Under the pieces are notes generated by a model, which was not told the DNA's origin, did no database searches, and saw only the letters and a program-made list of their open reading frames with translations. This document shows positions 7,335-12,062 of a stretch of 12,062 nt of DNA, one piece after another. Where the stretch lies: positions 1-12,062 of the forward strand of contig CAZBPC010000095.1 in the NCBI GenBank assembly GCA_964493715.1. Direction: 5' to 3'. The DNA is from an uncultured archaeon (GTDB taxonomy: Archaea; Asgardarchaeota; Lokiarchaeia; Sigyniarchaeales; SOKP01). The position numbers and the translations under genes are program-made. Position 1 is the stretch's first letter. Each line of letters starts with the position of its first letter.

Positions 7335-8786
7335 CTACTCCAAATCTATATCAAGAATCTTTTTTACTAACTTTTTCTTATCTTCTAGATTTGATTGTCG
7401 AGAAATCATGATTCTTTGTGCTTGAGGGCTACCAGCACCATGCATAGATTCTGTTCTATAGCTCACAGACGCAACTCCCATTGTAAGATTTTCGATAAAA
7501 CGTAAGACTTTATATCGATCTTCAGTACACATTCCTTCACAAGTTGTTAAATATTTTTCAATTAATGAGCCTACCGCTTTTGATTTAAGATCTGCTTCAG
7601 AGGGCATCGTACAAATCATCCCTCCTGCAATATCTTCAGCTAATCTTCCTATTTCATATGGGAATCGAGTCACGTTTTGTTTACATACATTTGCGAGTAG
7701 CATGTCCATTTCATAATTACCCGATTCTCGTTGGAAACCTAATGAACTGCAAGCTATTCCACAACTATACAATGTTTCATTTAAATGAGTCATCTCAACT
7801 ATTTTATCTTTCACGTGTGATGCATTTTCCGTGCCATTGTATTCTGAAATTAGAGCTGTTGCCCCTATCAACACATCTCCTACCCCCACCTTACATCCTC
7901 CATAAGATTGTCTATGAAAACCAGCAAATCGGTTGACTAATTCTCCGGAAAAATCAACTTCGCCATTCATGAAAATATTCTCTTTTGGGACAAATACATT
8001 ATCAAATACTACGAAAATTTCTTGACCACCGTATTTAAAATTTCCAATATCGAACTCATCGTGTTCCATTTTTCGCGTATCACAAGATTGTCTTCCATAA
8101 ATCATTGTAATTCCCTTTGCGTTTGTATCTATACCAAAACTTACTGCATAATCTTCCTCTCCTTTTCTTAGAGAAAGCGTTGGCATAATTATAGCTCGAT
8201 GCGAGTTTAGAAACCCCGTTTGATGTACTTTAGCTCCTTGAACAGTGATTCCCTCCTCGTTAGAATCTACTACATGCAAAAAAGCATCGGGATCTGGTTG
8301 ATCTTTCGGTCTTTTGCTCCTATCACCTTTAGTATCTGTCATAGCTCCATCAACCATTAAATCTTGATGTTGTACTTCGATCCAATATTTTTTGAATCGA
8401 GAATGGTAATCAGTTCCATATTTTTTATCCATTTCATAGGTTACACTATATAATGCATTAGCACTATCAAACCCTACGCATCTCTGGAAGCAACAGGCTG
8501 TTTTTTGTCCTAATAATCGTTGCATCTTAACTTTTTTGATTAGATCTTCAGTTGATTGATGGATATGGGTGAAACGATTTATAATTTCCCCTGTGAGGTG
8601 TGATTTCGTTGTCATTAAATCCTTATATTCGTCCATCTGGGCTAATTCATAAATCTTCATGACTGTATTTATCGAAGGTTTGACGATTGGATGATTCCAA
8701 AATTCTTCGACTTTCTCGCCAAACATGTACAAATTTACGGGGCGCTTTATGCTTTCCAAATACTCTTCCGGAGTTTTTAACGGCAT
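7335..8786 (-). CDS. abfD: 4-hydroxybutyryl-CoA dehydratase / vinylacetyl-CoA isomerase ([4Fe-4S], FAD; HpaB-like family)
   Basis: INRFTHIHQSTEDL, GQKTACCFQRCVG (CxxxC cluster ligands), GAMTDTKGDRS, GAKVHQTG, GGQE..VVFD, FHRQSYGGCKVGVGD (His and Cys ligands) and TESMHGAGSPQAQ. The start at 8786 (MPLKTPEEY) fits the family; 8801 is the alternative. Ends TAG TAA. Confidence 0.93.
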   Translation of the reverse strand: MPLKTPEEYLESIKRPVNLYMFGEKVEEFWNHPIVKPSINTVMKIYELAQMDEYKDLMTTKSHLTGEIINRFTHIHQSTEDLIKKVKMQRLLGQKTACCFQRCVGFDSANALYSVTYEMDKKYGTDYHSRFKKYWIEVQHQDLMVDGAMTDTKGDRSKRPKDQPDPDAFLHVVDSNEEGITVQGAKVHQTGFLNSHRAIIMPTLSLRKGEEDYAVSFGIDTNAKGITMIYGRQSCDTRKMEHDEFDIGNFKYGGQEIFVVFDNVFVPKENIFMNGEVDFSGELVNRFAGFHRQSYGGCKVGVGDVLIGATALISEYNGTENASHVKDKIVEMTHLNETLYSCGIACSSLGFQRESGNYEMDMLLANVCKQNVTRFPYEIGRLAEDIAGGMICTMPSEADLKSKAVGSLIEKYLTTCEGMCTEDRYKVLRFIENLTMGVASVSYRTESMHGAGSPQAQRIMISRQSNLEDKKKLVKKILDIDLE

Positions 8787-8874
8787 TTTTTTTATACACA
8801 TCTTCTGTAATAAATTATTATGTAAATAAAGGGCTATTAGCTATTAAAAATAATTCTAATATTTGTTAATTAAT

Positions 8875-10095
8875 TCACTTATATTCAGTTTCTAAAATGG
8901 TAGCTATGCCTTGACCTCCTCCAATACAAGCGGTAGCTAGCCCATATCTTCCTTTTTTTTCATTCAAGATTCTAGCAAGAGTACCCACCAATCTTACTCC
9001 TGTTGCACCTAATGGATGTCCAAGAGCAATTGCTCCTCCCTTGATGTTTACTCGTTGTGGGTCAATCTCTAACTTTTTCATTGCAAACAAGGGTACGATG
9101 GCAAATGCTTCATTAATCTCCCAGAAATCAATATCTCGAACATTCAAATTTGCTTTATTTAGTGCTTTTTTACTAGCTGGAACTGGACCAGATCCCATGA
9201 TTCCAGGATTGACTCCTGCCCAAGAAATGGATCTTATTGTTGCTAAGGGTTTAATTCCTAACTCATCTGATTTTACTCTTGACATTAATACACAGCATCC
9301 TGCTCCAGAATTAAGAGGTGAACTATTCCCAGCAGTTATTTGTGGTACATTATTTATTCCCTTGGATGCGGTCTTTAATTTAGCCATTGTTTCAAGATTT
9401 GACCCTTCCCGAATCGATTGGTCATATTTTATCATGGTTTTGGATCCGTCTGGTAAATTTCCTTCCACTGGTATGATTTCTCCATCAAAAAATCCTTCAT
9501 CTCGAGCTTTCGCTGCTTTCTTATGGGATCCAAGGCTAAAAGTATCCATATCTATTCTAGTTATATCTTGATTTTGTTCCCATAATTTTTGAGCCGTTTG
9601 TAACATTGAAAATCCAGTTTCTAAATCATACTTTGCATGTTTAGGGTATTTTTTAACATCTGTTAATTCTGTATGTTTCATCGTTAAATCAGTGCCTCTT
9701 GGTATGCGCGTCATGTGTTCCATTCCCGCTGCTAAAACGATGTCAGCATTACCAGTCATTATTTCCATGGTACCAATATGAACGCTCGACATTGATGATC
9801 CACATTGCCGATCAACTCCCATTGCCGAAATTTCTACTGGCAATTCTGCTAAAAATAGTGGTTGCCGACCTCCATATAGAAAATTTTCTTTTACTTGGTT
9901 AGCGCACCCAACTATTAACTCATCTATCTCAAAGGCGTCGAATGACGCTTTAGCAATTAATTTTTTTAAGACTAATGAAAGTAATCTATCTGCTGAAATT
10001 TGATTGAAAACATCTCTCTCTGGTTGATCCGGACGACTTCGAGAGAAAGGACTTCTTAAATAATCAACTATCACGACTTCCCTTAATTCTGACAC
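8875..10095 (-). CDS. Acetyl-CoA C-acyltransferase (3-ketoacyl-CoA thiolase)
   Basis: VDRQCGSSM (nucleophilic Cys), TAGNSSPLNSGA, WEINEAFA, GAIALGHPLGATG and ATACIGGGQG. GTG start preceded by GAGGT. Confidence 0.95.
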   Translation of the reverse strand: MSELREVVIVDYLRSPFSRSRPDQPERDVFNQISADRLLSLVLKKLIAKASFDAFEIDELIVGCANQVKENFLYGGRQPLFLAELPVEISAMGVDRQCGSSMSSVHIGTMEIMTGNADIVLAAGMEHMTRIPRGTDLTMKHTELTDVKKYPKHAKYDLETGFSMLQTAQKLWEQNQDITRIDMDTFSLGSHKKAAKARDEGFFDGEIIPVEGNLPDGSKTMIKYDQSIREGSNLETMAKLKTASKGINNVPQITAGNSSPLNSGAGCCVLMSRVKSDELGIKPLATIRSISWAGVNPGIMGSGPVPASKKALNKANLNVRDIDFWEINEAFAIVPLFAMKKLEIDPQRVNIKGGAIALGHPLGATGVRLVGTLARILNEKKGRYGLATACIGGGQGIATILETEYK

Positions 10096-10103
10096 TTTTT
10101 TTT

Positions 10104-10109
10104 ACCTCA
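10104..10109 (-). promoter_or_regulatory. Shine-Dalgarno-like motif for the thiolase, overlapping the upstream TGA stop
   Basis: The minus strand reads AAG TGAGGT AAAAAAAA GTG, placing TGAGGT 8 nt before the thiolase GTG. Confidence 0.55.
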
Positions 10110-10898
10110 CTTTCCTATAAATTCTGGTTCTTTCTTTTCAATTAGAGCAGTTACTCCAATTTTATAGTCTTCCGTTTCTGCTGATTTAATTTGCATTTGG
10201 CGCTCATTTTCAAGATGCTCTTCCAAAGGGGTGCTTAATGCATCGAAAAATAGTTTTTTGGTACGAGCATATGTTAGAGGTGGGCCACTAGCAAATTTTT
10301 GGGCCCATTTTAAGGATGTTTCTTCTAATTTATCAGCTGAAACAATATCATTTACGAATCCAAGGGTTTTCATCTCCTCAGCAGAATAAGTATCCCCAAA
10401 AAAAGACATTTGTACTGCTTGTTGCCACGTGAGTTGACGACTTAAAAATATAGTACCCGCAAAACCAGGAATTAAGGCGAGTTTACAAAATGACTGTCTA
10501 AACTTTCCATATTCTGACGCAATAATAAAATCGCAAGATAAAGCGAGATTCATCCCAGCTCCGACTGCCCAACCATTTACAGCAGCAATAACTGGTTTTG
10601 GATATTGGCGTAAAACAACAGCGATTCTATATAGTACTTTTGTCAGATCATCCATGACTCTTCCCGCTGTTCCGTTTTCTGCACTTTCCTTGAATTTCTT
10701 GATATCTCCTCCAGCCGAAAAAGCCTTCCCTGAGCCTGTAATAATTAAACACCGAATATTAGTATTTTCACGCAAATTTTCAATAGCTTCTAATAATTGA
10801 ATACCAGTCTCAAGATTCAAGGGATTAAAATTGTCAGGATTTGAAAGTTTAATAACTGCTATATTACCTTTTGTAACTACTTTAACCATTTTTTGCAT
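10107..10898 (-). CDS. Crotonase superfamily protein (PaaG-like clade)
   Basis: ITGSGKAFSAGGDI, KPVIAAVNGWAVGAGMNLALSCD, FRQSFCKLALIPGFAG, LENERQMQ and KKEPEFIGK. Confidence 0.92.
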   Translation of the reverse strand: MQKMVKVVTKGNIAVIKLSNPDNFNPLNLETGIQLLEAIENLRENTNIRCLIITGSGKAFSAGGDIKKFKESAENGTAGRVMDDLTKVLYRIAVVLRQYPKPVIAAVNGWAVGAGMNLALSCDFIIASEYGKFRQSFCKLALIPGFAGTIFLSRQLTWQQAVQMSFFGDTYSAEEMKTLGFVNDIVSADKLEETSLKWAQKFASGPPLTYARTKKLFFDALSTPLEEHLENERQMQIKSAETEDYKIGVTALIEKKEPEFIGK

Positions 10899-10902
10899 TT
10901 AA

Positions 10903-12060
10903 TTATTTACCCCACATTCTGATCATTTCTCTTGTAATGAGATATCTCATTATTTCAGATGTTCCCGCTGAGATTTGTCCTATTTTAGCATCTCTATAGT
11001 ATCTTTCTAGAGGATATTCTTCAGAATATCCCAAACCTCCAAGAATTTGAATCGCATCTTGAGTAATTTTAACTGTCGCATCTGCCAATCGCGCCTTAAC
11101 TGCCGCAACAGTGGCTCTACAATAATGACCTTCATCCAGTATTCGTGCAATCTGCGCAACTGCAATCCTGTTCAGTTCAGTATCCATGTACATTTCAGCT
11201 AATTTGAATGAATTTGCCTCAAAAGAGTAGAGATCCTTACCAAATTGTTCACGCTTATGAGCGTATTTATACGCTACTTCGAAAGCACTTCTGGCTAACC
11301 CAAGATATTGTGATGCTGTAAATGTACGTTCCCCATCAAGACCAAATAATAAAACATCAACACCTTCATTCTCTTTATGAAGCACATTTTCAATAGGCAC
11401 TTTACAATTATGAAAGTCTAATAAAGAATTTGGCATTCCTCTACGGCCCATGTGTTTATAATCCTTAATAACTTCGAATCCAGGAATATCCGTTTCAAAA
11501 ATGAATGCTGTTATTCCTTGATGTGCTTTTACTTGATCATTTGTCTTCGCATAAAGGCAAATATAGTCTGCTACGCTTCCGTTTGTAATGAAGCATTTTT
11601 GACCATTTAAGATGTAATGATCTCCTTCACGAGTTGCCTTCAATCTCATGCCACCAATAGCATCAGATCCACCTGTGGGTTCTGTGATTCCAATTGCTCC
11701 TATTTTTGTTCCATTTCCAATTTCAGAAAGATATTTTTTCTTCTGTTCCGGAGTACCAAATTCAATAATAGGACCTGCAAAAAGGCATGAAGAAGCTCCA
11801 AATATACCCGCTAAAGCATAACTAAACGCAGTTAATTCTTCCCCTAAAATCGTGCGATATAGAACTCCCTTTCCTTGACCTCCAGCTTCTTTTGGAATGA
11901 TCATATCCAGATATGGCATTTCCTTTAAAATTTTTACCGCTAAATCCTTATCTCGATTTCTATCTATCTGTTCCGCATCTGGAGCGACGTGTGTTTCACA
12001 CCATTCACGAACTTCCATTCTAAAATCGTTTTCTTCTTTTGAATAATAATATAATCTATT
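10903..12060 (-). CDS. Acyl-CoA dehydrogenase, isovaleryl-CoA dehydrogenase-like (5'-partial)
   Basis: The frame is open to the window edge (NRLYYYSKEENDFRMEVREW...), so ATG 12018 is likely internal. Motifs: FGTPEQKKKYL, ITEPTGGSDA, LNGQKCFITNG, GLDGER, KREQFG, IQILGGLGY and RYYRDAKIGQISAGTSEIMR. Confidence 0.94.
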   Translation of the reverse strand, partial: NRLYYYSKEENDFRMEVREWCETHVAPDAEQIDRNRDKDLAVKILKEMPYLDMIIPKEAGGQGKGVLYRTILGEELTAFSYALAGIFGASSCLFAGPIIEFGTPEQKKKYLSEIGNGTKIGAIGITEPTGGSDAIGGMRLKATREGDHYILNGQKCFITNGSVADYICLYAKTNDQVKAHQGITAFIFETDIPGFEVIKDYKHMGRRGMPNSLLDFHNCKVPIENVLHKENEGVDVLLFGLDGERTFTASQYLGLARSAFEVAYKYAHKREQFGKDLYSFEANSFKLAEMYMDTELNRIAVAQIARILDEGHYCRATVAAVKARLADATVKITQDAIQILGGLGYSEEYPLERYYRDAKIGQISAGTSEIMRYLITREMIRMWGK

Positions 12061-12062
12061 TG

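Noticed and set aside
1573-8869. Other short track ORFs: 1573-1791, 3072-3314, 5795-5983, 7658-7936 and 8687-8869
   Set aside because: All lie mostly or wholly antisense within confident CDSs and have no motif support.
9041-9571. 176-aa plus-strand ORF antisense to the thiolase (also 9699-9902)
   Set aside because: Antisense shadow of a conserved gene, with no domain signal.
8866-10109. Selenocysteine read-through at the TGA stops of the thiolase and the crotonase
   Set aside because: Both TGAs fall at the expected family C-termini and are followed by TAA within a few codons. I recognised no SECIS-like element.

Overview
AT-rich prokaryotic window of acyl-CoA (beta-oxidation-type) and core metabolic genes in two convergent blocks. 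It is probably archaeal and plausibly Asgard/Lokiarchaeia; this is inferred from oligo-T terminators, TTATAA boxes, GGTGA/GAGGT ribosome-binding motifs and the paralog-rich beta-oxidation content. Plus strand: 5'-truncated acyl-CoA dehydrogenase, serA, a crotonase-family isomerase, a divergent CTP synthase (pyrG) with an ~16-aa insertion, and an SDR. Minus strand: a putative operon of a 5'-truncated acyl-CoA dehydrogenase, a crotonase-family protein, a thiolase and 4-hydroxybutyryl-CoA dehydratase (abfD). The ~1.1-kb gap between the blocks (6246-7334) holds features the ORF track misses. One is a 41-aa CxxC-x17-CxxC zinc-finger microprotein (6704-6829). The other is a cupin gene interrupted by one in-frame TAG, whose frame continues 27 codons to complete the cupin barrel (6905-7213). 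The only other gene-associated TAG (abfD stop) is followed directly by TAA. Amber read-through is therefore worth testing, although a recent pseudogene is at least as likely. I saw no rRNA, tRNA, CRISPR array or mobile element.
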